Positions 30,859-42,117 of a stretch of 46,296 nucleotides of DNA are shown here, piece by piece. Origin of the DNA: an uncultured virus (IMG/VR IMGVR_UViG_2061766007_002390) (Duplodnaviria > Heunggongvirae > Uroviricota > Caudoviricetes); IMG/VR virus record IMGVR_UViG_2061766007_002390. The stretch is one strand, 5' to 3'. The translations under genes were made by a program, and so were the position numbers. Within the stretch, counting starts at the first letter, position 1, and every line of letters starts with the position of its first letter. The notes beneath the pieces were generated by a model. It was not told the origin of the DNA. It made no database searches and saw only the letters and a list, made by a program, of their open reading frames with translations.

Positions 30859-32145
30859 ATGACAGATAATTTATTTCAGAATGACCATATAACTGGTAAC
30901 TCATTAATTGGATTTGAGTTCAAAGGTCAGTTCAAGGATGATGAGAATGTACTTCTCACCAAATTGAAAGATATACTCAACAGGGAAGTATCATTTTCAA
31001 ACATCAAATATAAACTCCTTGAACCAACAGACCACCAGGCAGTAATGTCACTTGACGGTAGATATTGTGAAGTAAAGACACCTCAATACAGTTACTTTGA
31101 GGCACTCTTCATTCTTCCCAAGATTCTTGAACTTCTCAAGACTCTGAAGGATGACAAAGGTTCATATCTTTACTTCAGGATTGGATTCAACAAAGAGTTC
31201 TGTGACATCACCAACATCAATGTGATGAAGTTCATACTTGAGTTCAAGGAAGATTATATCCTGAAACACATAACAGACCTTACTCTTGACGGTAGTTTTG
31301 AGAAACTCACAGACATTAAACCCACAGACATTGAAGCATGTATTGATGACACAAAGAAGAGAATGGATGGTCTGAAGTACACTGATTATGAAGACATCTA
31401 TGGTATTGACTTCAGTACAATCAAACTGGGTTACATCACATTTACATATGCCAGGGAAATTAACTTCAGAAACAAATGGGAAGAACTTCTCAAATGTCTG
31501 AACCACACAATCATCACACTCTACAACACAAGTTCATCTTATGACTTCTCTGATGATGAGAAGAATAAGATTGATGAGATTGAAAAGAAATATAAAGAGA
31601 CATCCCAGGCATTTGGTTGTTATGAACTCTTCAAGGAAAAATACAAGGGTATCAAACTCACTAAAGACCTCAACAATGACAGTATGGATATTGATATTAT
31701 CTTCCCTGCAATCAAGGATAAACTCTTTGACATTGTAGTAAGATGTGGTATCAAGGAAGCAGAAATCAATTATGATTCAGATATTTCCAAAATTCAAATC
31801 AAGAATATTGAAACCAAGAAATGTTATCACCTCAATGGTGTTGACATAGTTGACAGTGAACTCACCAACTGTACATTGAGAGACTGTGACCTTTATGACA
31901 CAAAGGTTGAAAAGTCATCAATTATCAAATGTAATCTCTTTGGATATGCTGACTGTAAAGACTGTAAAATTAAGGATACCTTTGTAAGCAGAAACATCAA
32001 ACTGAAGGATTGCAGGGTTACCGGTGCCCTTGGTAAGATGGGTGGTATTATGAAAGGTGGATCCCTTAAAGACACAACAGTTATTACATCTATGGCAGAT
32101 ATTGCTGATGATGTTGATAAGAACAATGTAAATGAAATCCAGTAA
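30859..32145 (+). CDS. Degenerate amidoligase-like protein with a C-terminal beta-helix
   Basis: IGFEFKG, CEVKTP and YFRIGF resemble COOH-NH2 ligase motifs; C-terminus has pentapeptide-like repeats (IVDSE LTNCT LRDCD LYDTK VEKSS IIKCN). Confidence 0.45.
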   Translation: MTDNLFQNDHITGNSLIGFEFKGQFKDDENVLLTKLKDILNREVSFSNIKYKLLEPTDHQAVMSLDGRYCEVKTPQYSYFEALFILPKILELLKTLKDDKGSYLYFRIGFNKEFCDITNINVMKFILEFKEDYILKHITDLTLDGSFEKLTDIKPTDIEACIDDTKKRMDGLKYTDYEDIYGIDFSTIKLGYITFTYAREINFRNKWEELLKCLNHTIITLYNTSSSYDFSDDEKNKIDEIEKKYKETSQAFGCYELFKEKYKGIKLTKDLNNDSMDIDIIFPAIKDKLFDIVVRCGIKEAEINYDSDISKIQIKNIETKKCYHLNGVDIVDSELTNCTLRDCDLYDTKVEKSSIIKCNLFGYADCKDCKIKDTFVSRNIKLKDCRVTGALGKMGGIMKGGSLKDTTVITSMADIADDVDKNNVNEIQ

Positions 32146-32504
32146 TGTTAAAAGACATTTATGCAATTCCTGAAGAGGAGCCAAGATATAAGAATGATGT
32201 ACTTGAAATCACCGGTGAATTGGATGAAATCATACAACAGGTTGATATGATCCTCTTCACCAATAAGGGTGATGTCTTGGGTATGCCTGATTTTGGATGT
32301 AACCTCAGTAGGTATTTGTTTGACACATCATATGATGAAAACCTCATCAAACAGATAATAATGTCACAAATAAGAAGTTTCATTTACCTTGACGGGTCAT
32401 ACACAGTGGATGTTGATGTGAGTTTCATCAAATGGGACTACAATGTGGCAATGGTGGTGGATTTGAATATAAACAATAAAAAGGTTGCCTCATACCTGGT
32501 TTAA
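32145..32504 (+). CDS. Baseplate wedge subunit (gp25-like)
   Basis: MILFTNKGDVLGMPDFGCNLSRYLFD signature. Confidence 0.85.
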   Translation: MLKDIYAIPEEEPRYKNDVLEITGELDEIIQQVDMILFTNKGDVLGMPDFGCNLSRYLFDTSYDENLIKQIIMSQIRSFIYLDGSYTVDVDVSFIKWDYNVAMVVDLNINNKKVASYLV

Positions 32505-32508
32505 ACAC

Positions 32509-32546
32509 AAGAGATGATGTTCTATCATCTCTTTTTTTCATAAATA
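32509..32546 (+). terminator. Terminator abutting a late promoter (32539-32546)
   Basis: AAGAGATGAT-gttct-ATCATCTCTTTTTTT-CATAAATA. Confidence 0.75.
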
Positions 32547-32577
32547 CTTATATAATATACCATAGACATACATAGAT

Positions 32578-34347
32578 ATGTTTTTATCAAAAACTAGACT
32601 TAAAGCCAGTGAATTGATGGAACAGGCTGTAGTATTCCTTCATAAGAAATACAACCAGGCTGCACATGTGTTCACAGCAGCATCTCCATTCGGACAGTTA
32701 CTGACAGTCATTGCTAATATGGCTGAACTCATCTTCACATATATTGCTCATACAGCAGAGGAACTCAATATCAAGACTGCCCAGAATGTGGAGACAATAT
32801 ATGGTCTTGCACAGATGACCGGACATGATGCTTATAGGGGTGGAAGTGCATATGGTATGATGGCTCTCAAGATAAATACATCTTCAGATCTTATTGAGGG
32901 TAATTATGTAACCATCAATAATTTTTCAAAGTTCACAATTGCTGAAACAGGATGTACCTACTTTATAAATCTTCCAAGTGACTACATCAAACTCAATGTG
33001 GCTGCTGATGATTTTGTGAATGTCAATTTTATCCAGGGCACTCCTGAAACACAGACATTTACATCTGATGGTACACCTCTCCAATCATTCAATCCTATTA
33101 TAAAGTCAATGACAGACAATGATAATGTTGCTGTCACTGTAAATGGTAAGGAATGGAAGAGAGTTGACAGTCTTTATGATATGCCTGCGGATGACGGTTA
33201 TGAGAGTTCAGAATGTTTCATTGTGAAGTCTTCAGTGAATGTCGGTCTTTCAATCTTCTTCGGAAATGGTGAGTTTGGTAAGATTCCACCTGCCGGTGCC
33301 ACAATAGAAGTAACATACATCAAGACAGATGGTGCTGCCGGAAACAGTACATCAGCAAGTCTGAATTATATGTTTGATGATTTAGGTATTGATGAATATG
33401 GTAATGAGGTCAACCTTAATGACATACTCACAGTTGAAACCATTGTACCCCCTACACTGGGAAGTAATTTTGAAGACCCTGAATTTACAAAGATGGTTGC
33501 ACCAAAGGCAAGTAAGTCATTTGTTCTGGCAACCCCGGAAAACTATGTAAGTTACCTTTCAAAGTACAACCAGTATTCATTCATATATGCTTATAACACA
33601 AAGGATGATGCTAATGTATATGATGACAATGTGATTTACCTTAAAATCATACCTAATGTCAAAAAGAAACTATCAAACAGTCAGGACTTCTTTGAACTTC
33701 CTACAAAGGAATTCATATTGAGTGAGTATGAAAAGGCATCCATCATCAATGCTCTTGACAATTCAGGAAGGATGCTTGTAAACAGTGAGGTTGAAATTGT
33801 GGATCCTACTGTAAAGAAATATGTGATCAATATCATTGTAAGATACTTTGAAGACATTGATAAGACTCAGATAAGGGCAAGTATCAGGTCTCTTCTTAAC
33901 AAATACTATCTCAACATCAACAGAAATGACATTGTTCCTCTTTCTGACATCATATCTCTTGTGGAGGGTGTAGATGGTGTTGACACCTGTGATGTGTTCT
34001 TTGTAAATGAGGAAAATGAAAGGGCAATCCTGAATGGTTACTATTATACCAATGAGATGTCCTGGAATGGTCTTGAATATACAGAGAATCAAAAGAAAGT
34101 ATATGTGAACTATGATGAAGACCCAAGAATAGGTTTTGATGATTTCGGTAACCTGAAAGTAAATGAATATGAAGTCTTCATTCCAAAAGGTGGATGGAAG
34201 GATAGAGACGGAAACTATTATACAGAAACACCGGAAGATGGTAAACTCGGTCCTCTCAACATATTCTTCATAGATAAGGTTGACAGTTCATCATACAACC
34301 TTGGTATGCAGAGAAAACTTAATACACTCTTGAAAAATAACTCTTAA
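32578..34347 (+). CDS. Baseplate wedge protein (gp6/J-like)
   Basis: ELNIKTAQ..TIYGLAQMTG, IFFGNGEFGKIPPAGATIEVTYIKTDGAAGN; follows the gp25-like gene. Confidence 0.85.
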   Translation: MFLSKTRLKASELMEQAVVFLHKKYNQAAHVFTAASPFGQLLTVIANMAELIFTYIAHTAEELNIKTAQNVETIYGLAQMTGHDAYRGGSAYGMMALKINTSSDLIEGNYVTINNFSKFTIAETGCTYFINLPSDYIKLNVAADDFVNVNFIQGTPETQTFTSDGTPLQSFNPIIKSMTDNDNVAVTVNGKEWKRVDSLYDMPADDGYESSECFIVKSSVNVGLSIFFGNGEFGKIPPAGATIEVTYIKTDGAAGNSTSASLNYMFDDLGIDEYGNEVNLNDILTVETIVPPTLGSNFEDPEFTKMVAPKASKSFVLATPENYVSYLSKYNQYSFIYAYNTKDDANVYDDNVIYLKIIPNVKKKLSNSQDFFELPTKEFILSEYEKASIINALDNSGRMLVNSEVEIVDPTVKKYVINIIVRYFEDIDKTQIRASIRSLLNKYYLNINRNDIVPLSDIISLVEGVDGVDTCDVFFVNEENERAILNGYYYTNEMSWNGLEYTENQKKVYVNYDEDPRIGFDDFGNLKVNEYEVFIPKGGWKDRDGNYYTETPEDGKLGPLNIFFIDKVDSSSYNLGMQRKLNTLLKNNS

Positions 34348-34351
34348 ATAG

Positions 34352-34636
34352 ATGGATACCTCAAAGAATAATGACTTGAACATCCTTAAATATAAAGGAT
34401 TTGATTCCATCTATGATTCAATAAATGAAAGCAGATGGAAGACAAAGAATGAAGGTTACAAGTATGAAGATACACTGATGGAGGATAACACAAGTAAATA
34501 TCTCCAGAAGAATCCCAATATGAGACAGTTCTTTCCATATTTGAATAAGATTATGTCTCACCTCATCAACAGTGTAAAGTATTTGAGAAACTTCAATAAC
34601 TATGCTGTAAGAAAAGACTACAAAAGAATTGACTAA
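34352..34636 (+). CDS. Hypothetical baseplate-operon protein
   Basis: 94-aa ORF tightly coupled between baseplate genes. Confidence 0.65.
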   Translation: MDTSKNNDLNILKYKGFDSIYDSINESRWKTKNEGYKYEDTLMEDNTSKYLQKNPNMRQFFPYLNKIMSHLINSVKYLRNFNNYAVRKDYKRID

Positions 34637-37032
34637 TGAATATAGACAATTTACATTTTTTTGATAGTAACGGTTACGAACTTAATTTTGAACAGAATTC
34701 TGACGGATTCTGGGAGGGTTCTATTTATCTTCCTAAAGTAAGTGTTGGTCTTTATGCAAATACAACAATCTATGTCCTTGAGAAAATAAGTAATTCAACT
34801 GGTTTCTCATATTCAAATGAAACATTTGATGTTATAGAAGATATAGATACATCAAATTATAACAATGAGTATTTCTTTCCAAAAGGTACAGGTAAGATAA
34901 AATTCAAATGGGATCCCCTTAATACATTTGTTGATGAGTTCTTTATGTTTAACTTTGATGAGTCTTATACTCTCAAAGAAACATCATCACTTATATACAC
35001 ACCAAATGATGGTCCTGAATGTAATACTCTCCTTGTAAACACATTTGATGTTTATGAAATACCTCTTGAAAACACTTTTAACTCAAAGGCACTTCCTATT
35101 CATATTGCATTTATGGCAAATGAAAATGATGATGCCACAACATACAACAGGACTCTCATAATGTCTTATGAAGGTGAGACTGTTGCAAAGATAAAGTTCT
35201 ATGCCGAGACTGTTGAAGAAGATGAAAGACTGAAGATATGGAATGACAACCTTGGATATAACATCACTCCAGAAGATGAGATGTTGTTTTACAAGAGTGA
35301 CATCAAAGAATACAAACCTGATTATATACTCCTTAATGAAAAGAGAAAGGAACTTATGATGGAAGGTAGTAATATCTATCCTTATATAGGATCATACAAG
35401 GCCATCATAAATGCCATCAAGTTCTTTGGTTACAGTAATCTTAACATAATTGAATACTGGAGAAATGTGAATCCGGATGATGAGAATTTTGGTAAGGTAT
35501 ATCACAGTTCAAAATACAGTCTCACAAATAAGGAGACATTGAATATTGGTGCAAGAACAATTACTCTTCCAAATAAGGATTATAAGAAAATCAATTCTCT
35601 TGCCCTTGTCTATTCTATCAACAAACCTTTACAGGAAACAGATGAGATGGATCTTCCTCTTGTAAAGGAACAATTCACATACACCATTGAAGAGGCTCTC
35701 ATAAAACTCTTTGGATTAAGAAAGAAACTCAACAAGGAGTTTATGCCTGGTAGTAGCAGAATTGTTGATATTATTGGTGAGGCAAATTATTTTAGTCAGT
35801 ATGGTATTGTGAAGGTACATGACAAACAATGTACAATAAAAACTAAAAAAAGATATTCTGCTGATTTTGAAATTGTAAACAAATATGTACATATAACAGA
35901 TGATGAAAGTAGTGAATCAGAAAGTACTGAATGTTCAGCAAAAGTAATTTTGAAAAACACATCATTTGAACCTGTCACATTTGAAAATTGTGATTTGAAA
36001 TTCAATTGTATAAACAACCCATTGGGATTATTTAATAAAGAATCATCAGAGTTTAAGATAGGTGATGATAGTTTATCATTTGGAAATGTTGACCAATTAG
36101 GAAAACCAGAATCAGTAACATGGACAATAACAAGATCTGAAAACCAATTAGATGAAGACTTGATAAAGATAGGTGTTGAAAAATATTACAATATTGATAA
36201 TTCAGATTCTGATGATGAAACACTTTCAATTGAAATGGATTTCAGTATAAGTGAATATGAAATAGAACTTTATCATACCGGATATTATGATGTAACTTTA
36301 ATGCTTAATTATAGTAATCTTCCAGAGCCAATAAAAAAGACAAAGAAAAAGTGTGTAAAGGTTGAACCTTATAATATTAATCTCCTTGGTTTCTATTATG
36401 ATGCAAGAAATCTTCCTGAATCATTACAATATGATATGGATGACAATTTAAAAAATTTTATTCAAGAACATATAGAACATCTGACAAATGAGGCAGTTGA
36501 TGAAAGACAGGTATCAGATAATGGAGAATTTTCAATGCCAAAGGGTTCCAATCCTGGTCCATATTTCAATGACAACATTGATAACAACTGGATTATTGGA
36601 GATAATTTAACAGAAGATATTGTAGATCTTATACCTCATTATTATTACACAAGATTTATCAAGAGTGGTGTTGATGTAAAACCATTCACATGGTTTTTAC
36701 TCACATATGACTATGGAAAAATAGTAGGTGTTAAGGATGAGGATAGAGTATGGACTATAATCAATAATTCAGCTGAAGAAGGTGATACAAAAACCTGGAC
36801 TTGGACAGGTCAATATTTGACATTCTTACTTAAAAAGGAAGGAAACTATACAATTAAACTAACTCTTACAGATAAACATAATAATAAGTATGAAGTATCC
36901 AGAAATATCATTGTTGTAAGTAAATCAGCAAATTATAAGTTATATCAGACATTCAAAAAAGAATATGATTATATGATTCAGCAGGATGAATTAAATGCTC
37001 TTAATGAATATTATTTGATTGATAGAGAATAA
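34636..37032 (+). CDS. Large baseplate wedge protein (gp7-like) with PKD/Ig-like segments
   Basis: 798 aa; YIGSYKAIINAIKFFGY; TGYYDVTL and EGNYTIKLTLTD PKD-like strands; position after gp6. Confidence 0.6.
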   Translation: MNIDNLHFFDSNGYELNFEQNSDGFWEGSIYLPKVSVGLYANTTIYVLEKISNSTGFSYSNETFDVIEDIDTSNYNNEYFFPKGTGKIKFKWDPLNTFVDEFFMFNFDESYTLKETSSLIYTPNDGPECNTLLVNTFDVYEIPLENTFNSKALPIHIAFMANENDDATTYNRTLIMSYEGETVAKIKFYAETVEEDERLKIWNDNLGYNITPEDEMLFYKSDIKEYKPDYILLNEKRKELMMEGSNIYPYIGSYKAIINAIKFFGYSNLNIIEYWRNVNPDDENFGKVYHSSKYSLTNKETLNIGARTITLPNKDYKKINSLALVYSINKPLQETDEMDLPLVKEQFTYTIEEALIKLFGLRKKLNKEFMPGSSRIVDIIGEANYFSQYGIVKVHDKQCTIKTKKRYSADFEIVNKYVHITDDESSESESTECSAKVILKNTSFEPVTFENCDLKFNCINNPLGLFNKESSEFKIGDDSLSFGNVDQLGKPESVTWTITRSENQLDEDLIKIGVEKYYNIDNSDSDDETLSIEMDFSISEYEIELYHTGYYDVTLMLNYSNLPEPIKKTKKKCVKVEPYNINLLGFYYDARNLPESLQYDMDDNLKNFIQEHIEHLTNEAVDERQVSDNGEFSMPKGSNPGPYFNDNIDNNWIIGDNLTEDIVDLIPHYYYTRFIKSGVDVKPFTWFLLTYDYGKIVGVKDEDRVWTIINNSAEEGDTKTWTWTGQYLTFLLKKEGNYTIKLTLTDKHNNKYEVSRNIIVVSKSANYKLYQTFKKEYDYMIQQDELNALNEYYLIDRE

Positions 37033-37087
37033 ACTGAATAACTTTTATCATAAATATATTATAATACATTCATAAAACAAATTGATT

Positions 37088-37453
37088 ATGGAAGAAAAAG
37101 AAAAAGACATTGTTGAACCAGTAGTCGAATCTACATCAGAAGACAATGCTACACCTGTAGTTGAATCAACACAGGAGAAAGATCAAGATGAAAATGAAAC
37201 AGTTGATAATAACACTGAAACAGATCCAGAACCTGTTACAACAGATGAACCAACTCCAGAACCAGAACCAGTAGCAGAACCTACTGAACCAGAATCCGGT
37301 GTTGAACCATCAGAATCAGTGACAGAACCAGTGGGAACCGAACCAATAGTTTCAGAACCTGTTGTTACTGATCCCATTGTAACAGACCCTGTTGTTACTG
37401 ATACACCAGTAGAAGACCCAACACTTGCAACAACTGATGAGGTTATTCCTGCA
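37088..37453 (+). CDS. N-terminal Pro/Thr/Glu-rich part of a ferritin/Dps-like late protein
   Basis: Late promoter 37049-37056; overlaps in sequence with fragment 40596-41018. Confidence 0.7.
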
Positions 37454-37463
37454 NNNNNNNNNN

Positions 37464-39751
37464 TCCAGCAAGACTGTTAGCAAACTTTGCTGTAACATAA
37501 CTCCATTTGTCTGCTACAAATGATTCTTCAATCATCTTTCTGAAATCAGCAACAGGCTGAATCCAATCATACTGTGTAAGNNNNNNNNNNACATCTCTTC
37601 AATGTCTCATTGAGGTCAATGATTGACATATCATTTACACCCTCAATACCTGTGAGAGAAATCTCATCAGTCTGGCAGTTGTATTCGAGAACCATATTGT
37701 TCTTGCCATAATAAACAAGTCTGTCCTTATCTGCCTCATACTTCAGGATTGAAAGACCTTCAAGAACATTGAGGTACTTTCTGTCAGTAACAGTTGCCTC
37801 TTCAAGAGTCTGACCGTCAAAGATGTAGTTCTTACCATTGAGGAAGAATACCTTCTTGTTTTCATCTATAATAAGAGGAGAGATGGTCTTTCTTACAGAG
37901 CAAGAAGAGTTCTCATATATACTGGTGTTGATCTCACCCTGTTCTGCCTTCTCTTCAGCAACAATTGCTGAAAGGAGAGACTTTGCATCATTGTTCCATG
38001 AGTTCTCAAGAAGAACATCCTTAAGGGCAAGTCTTACATTCTCCTCATCAATGAGAACATCAACAAGACCTTCATAAAGATGTGCATATGAAGGATTTGA
38101 AGACTGANNNNNNNNNNGTCTGCCTCATACTTCAGGATTGAAAGACCTTCAAGTACATTGTTGTACTTTCTGTCAGTAACAGTTGCCTCTTCAAGAGTTT
38201 GACCATCGAAGATGTAGTTCTTACCATTGAGGAAGAAGACTTTCTTATTCTCATCTATAATAAGAGGAGAAATAGTCTTTCTTACAGAGCAGTTTGAGTT
38301 TTCATAGATACTGGTGTTGATTTCACCCTGTTCTGCCTTTTCCTCTGCAACGATTGATGAAAGGATTGCCTTTGCATCTTTGTTCCATGAGTTCTCAAGA
38401 AGAACATCCTTAAGAGCAAGTCTTACATTCTCCTCATCAATGAGAGCATCAACAAGACCTTCATAAAGATGTGCATATGAAGGATTTGAAGACTGACCAG
38501 AGAGACTGTTGGCAAACTTTGCTGCAACATAACTCCACTTATCTGCAACGAATGATTCTTCAATCATCTTTCTGAAATCAGCAACAGGCTGAATCCAGTC
38601 ATACTGTGTAAGAGCCGTGTAAAGACTTTCAGTTACTGTATATTTCAAAACAGGATTTACAAGTGTGTCATCAATCTTGTAACCTGCCTTGATCTTCTCT
38701 TCCATAACAGTCTTGTCATCATTTGAAATCTGAAGCTGTGCCATAGCATTCTCAATGATTCTCTTTGCGCTTGTTGCAGAGAAACCGAGACTGTTGTCAG
38801 ACTTCATTTCTTCAAGTGCTGCAATNNNNNNNNNNAAGACTGTTGGCAAACTTTGCTGTAACATAACTCCATTTGTCTGCTACAAATGATTCTTCNNNNN
38901 NNNNNAGCTGTGTAAAGACTTTCGGTTACTGTATATTTCAAAACTGGATTTACAAGTGTATCATCAATCTTGTAACCGGCCTTGATCTTCTCTTCCATAA
39001 CAGTCTTGTCATCATTTGAAATCTGAAGCTGTGCCATAGCACTCTCAATGATTCCCTTTGCGCTTGACGCAGAGAAACCGAGACTGTTGTCAGACTTCAT
39101 TTCTTCAAGTGCTGCAATNNNNNNNNNNGGCTGTGTAAAGACTTTCAGTTACAGTATATTTCAAAACTGGATTTACAAGTGTATCATCAATCTTATAACC
39201 AGCCTTGATCTTCTCTTCCATAACAGTCTTGTCATCATTTGAAATCTGAAGNNNNNNNNNNTGTGTGCAATTTTTCAAGTGTTAATTTCATATCTTTAGT
39301 TTCTTTTACTATGTTTATGTCCTTATTAATCTGAGCTGTATGCTTGTTATAATAATCAAGGTGTGCTTCCACAACCTCTGGAATCATACCCAANNNNNNN
39401 NNNTGATACAGAAAGCAAAGTGGCAACACACTTGTCAATAAGGATGAATACACCAAAGTGTTTGATAGATGAAACAACACCAGTAACAACACTACCCTTG
39501 TCAAGGTTGATGAGTCTGTCAAGAACACCAGGTTTGAGAGTATTGAGATATTCCTTGTGTGATACAATGATACTGTCCTTAATCTGATTGACAGGCATTA
39601 CAAACAGTTCTTTATTAAGGAGATCATTGAAGTTGTTGAGAGGAACAATATCTGACTCGGTACCAGGCATAAAACACCTGACACCCTTGATGTCAACAAT
39701 AAATCCATTGAATACATTTGCATTATTGTACACAATCTCCTTCACAAGACC
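37464..39751 (-). other. Displaced strain-variant fragments of the 28219-29763 gene (inverted) and of the S1-like gene
   Basis: Near-identity to 28315-29080 (reverse complement) and to 43143-43490; all bounded by 10-N gaps. Confidence 0.85.
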
Positions 39752-39761
39752 NNNNNNNNNN

Positions 39762-40077
39762 TCCTCTGGCTGCTTCAGAGATTGTTGCAATGCTGGCAAT
39801 GAGATATAATGGACTTCCAAATTTTCTGAAGACCAGGATTGACCAGAAAAAGAAGAAGGAGACCATCCGGACATATTATGAGGATGATGTCCTTAATAAG
39901 TATATGGAGATTAATGAGTGTGGTATCCGGGAAGTTGAAGAGGCATATGGTGTCAATAAGGATGAAGTGGATAAGGCACTCAAACTGATAAAGTCCAATT
40001 TCTTTAATAATAAGGAAAAGGTTTTGGTTGACAAGAATGTCAATAAGGAAAGTGAAACAGAAAAATCATTATTTTAA
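39762..40077 (+). CDS. 3' part of a clamp-loader small subunit-like (gp62-like) protein; mis-oriented, belongs in gap 45157-45890
   Basis: 40444-40584 is the reverse complement of 45016-45156; the probable N-terminus MELFEVLN..KYSYMLRRLF is at 45891-45992. Confidence 0.45.
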
Positions 40078-40078
40078 T

Positions 40079-40285
40079 ATGCAGAAAGTAAAGACAAAAT
40101 ATGATATTGGAGATAAAGTCTGGCTTATCTATGAAAATAAGGCAGCAGAGAGGATCATAACACAGGTTCAAATTATTGTGAATGCACAGAAGACCAAGGT
40201 GACCTATCAGTTAAACCATGAAACAACCGATTATGATGAGTATAAGTTATACACATCAAAGGAAGAATTATTAAAATCATTGTGA
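40079..40285 (+). CDS. Small hypothetical phage protein
   Basis: KTKYDIGDKVW...LYTSKEELLKSL; paralogous to the next ORF. Confidence 0.7.
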   Translation: MQKVKTKYDIGDKVWLIYENKAAERIITQVQIIVNAQKTKVTYQLNHETTDYDEYKLYTSKEELLKSL

Positions 40286-40286
40286 T

Positions 40287-40538
40287 ATGGAAATAGAATT
40301 TGAAAAACATATTGGAGATAAGGCATGGTTGATGTTTGAAAACCAGGTAGTATCTGGACAGATTACTGAAATATTGTACAGAAAATATGTCAGTAATGTG
40401 GATTATGAAACTATTATTAGTGTTGAGATATATAATGTTGAAGTAAGGGATAGTAAATATAAGAATGGTTCAAAGACCATCAGTTGTAAGAAGGGAGATA
40501 TTTTCCCTGATAAAGAGTCATTAATAAAATCATTGTGA
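40287..40538 (+). CDS. Small hypothetical phage protein
   Basis: EKHIGDKAW...IFPDKESLIKSL. Confidence 0.7.
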   Translation: MEIEFEKHIGDKAWLMFENQVVSGQITEILYRKYVSNVDYETIISVEIYNVEVRDSKYKNGSKTISCKKGDIFPDKESLIKSL

Positions 40539-40595
40539 TTTGTTATTTTTAGTGTAAAGAATTTCTAATATTTAATAATAATAAANNNNNNNNNN

Positions 40596-42067
40596 ACCTA
40601 TCACAACTGACCCTGTTGTTACTGATGCACCAGTAGAAGACCCAACACTTGCAACAACTGATGAGGTTATTCCTGCACCTGTTGATATTCCTGCTGAACA
40701 GACAGTAACTGATGACCCTGTAACAATAATTCCAGCAGAACCTGCACCTGTTGGTGTACCAGATGAAACCATTGGTGCAGATGCAGAAGGTGCTGATGGT
40801 TCATGCTGTGGTTGTGATTCAGATGCTTGTGTATGTTCACCAGAATCACCTGTAACTGTTGCTCATCTGTTTGGTACACTTCAGGAGTGTGTAACTATTA
40901 TCTGGAGATTTCATCTTAAGACAAGAAAACATCATGTTCATGTTGACCTTGCTGATTTCTATGAGAGCGCTCTTGATAAGATTGACAACATCATTGAACA
41001 ATACCAGGGTATCTGTGGNNNNNNNNNNNNNNNNNNNNNNNNNNNNNNNNNNNNNNNNNNNNNNNNNNNNNNNNNNNNNNNNNNNNNNNNNNNNNNNNNN
41101 NNNNNNNNNNNNNNNNNNNNNNNNNNNNNNNNNNNNNNNNNNNNNNNNNNNNNNNNNNNNNNNNNNNNNNNNNNNNNNNNNNNNNNNNNNNNNNNNNNNN
41201 NNNNNNNNNNNNNNNNNNNNNNNNNNNNNNNNNNNNNNNNNNNNNNNNNNNNNNNNNNNNNNNNNNNNNNNNNNNNNNNNNNNNNNNNNNNNNNNNNNNN
41301 NNNNNNNNNNNNNNNNNNNNNNNNNNNNNNNNNNNNNNNNNNNNNNNNNNNNNNNNNNNNNNNNNNNNNNNNNNNNNNNNNNNNNNNNNNNNNNNNNNNN
41401 NNNNNNNNNNNNNNNNNNNNNNNNNNNNNNNNNNNNNNNNNNNNNNNNNNNNNNNNNNNNNNNNNNNNNNNNNNNNNNNNNNNNNNNNNNNNNNNNNNNN
41501 NNNNNNNNNNNNNNNNNNNNNNNNNNNNNNNNNNNNNNNNNNNNNNNNNNNNNNNNNNNNNNNNNNNNNNNNNNNNNNNNNNNNNNNNNNNNNNNNNNNN
41601 NNNNNNNNNNNNNNNNNNNNNNNNNNNNNNNNNNNNNNNNNNNNNNNNNNNNNNNNNNNNNNNCGAATCCAACTGAAAGGTAATTGTCATAGATTTCTTC
41701 CATAAGAAGTCTGGAAAGAAGTCAGACCTCTTTATCCTTCCATATGGAGTTCCTCTATCCACCTGTTCAATTGGTTCATATTCAGCAGGGTTCACTTCNN
41801 NNNNNNNNTATAGTTGAGGATCCTTTCGTTAACTGTATTGTAGGTGATGGTAAGGATGAGGTTTCCTATCTCCAGGAACTTAAAGCATTTGTTGAAAATA
41901 ATAAGTGTATTATTGGTGGTAGTTGTGAAATCAATTCTGCAATAGATGATTTCCTTGGTCTTATTGATACAACCCTTTATAAACTCACATCATTCACAGA
42001 GAGTGCAGTAAAGTCATTTGAAGAGTTCATATATGAGGACTATAATGAACAGTCAGAAGAAGAGTAA
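40596..42067 (+). CDS. C-terminal part of the ferritin/Dps-like (DUF5856-type) protein (fragments 40596-41018 and 41809-42067)
   Basis: Manual translation: ...SCCGCDSDACVC..WRFHLKTRKHHVHVDLADFYE..IDNIIEQYQG...INSAIDDFLGLIDTTLYKL..KSFEEFIYEDYNEQSEEE. Confidence 0.7.
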
Positions 42068-42085
42068 ATCAAATACCTGATAAAC

Positions 42086-42117
42086 AAAAAGAGAGAACTT
42101 GATGTTCTCTCTTTTTT
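42086..42117. terminator. Bidirectional terminator
   Basis: AAAAAGAGAGAAC-ttgat-GTTCTCTCTTTTT between convergent genes. Confidence 0.82.

Noticed and set aside
37464..40584. Invertible (phase-variable) segment
   Set aside because: The pieces are gap-bounded allelic copies of genes elsewhere, with no invertase or flanking inverted repeats.
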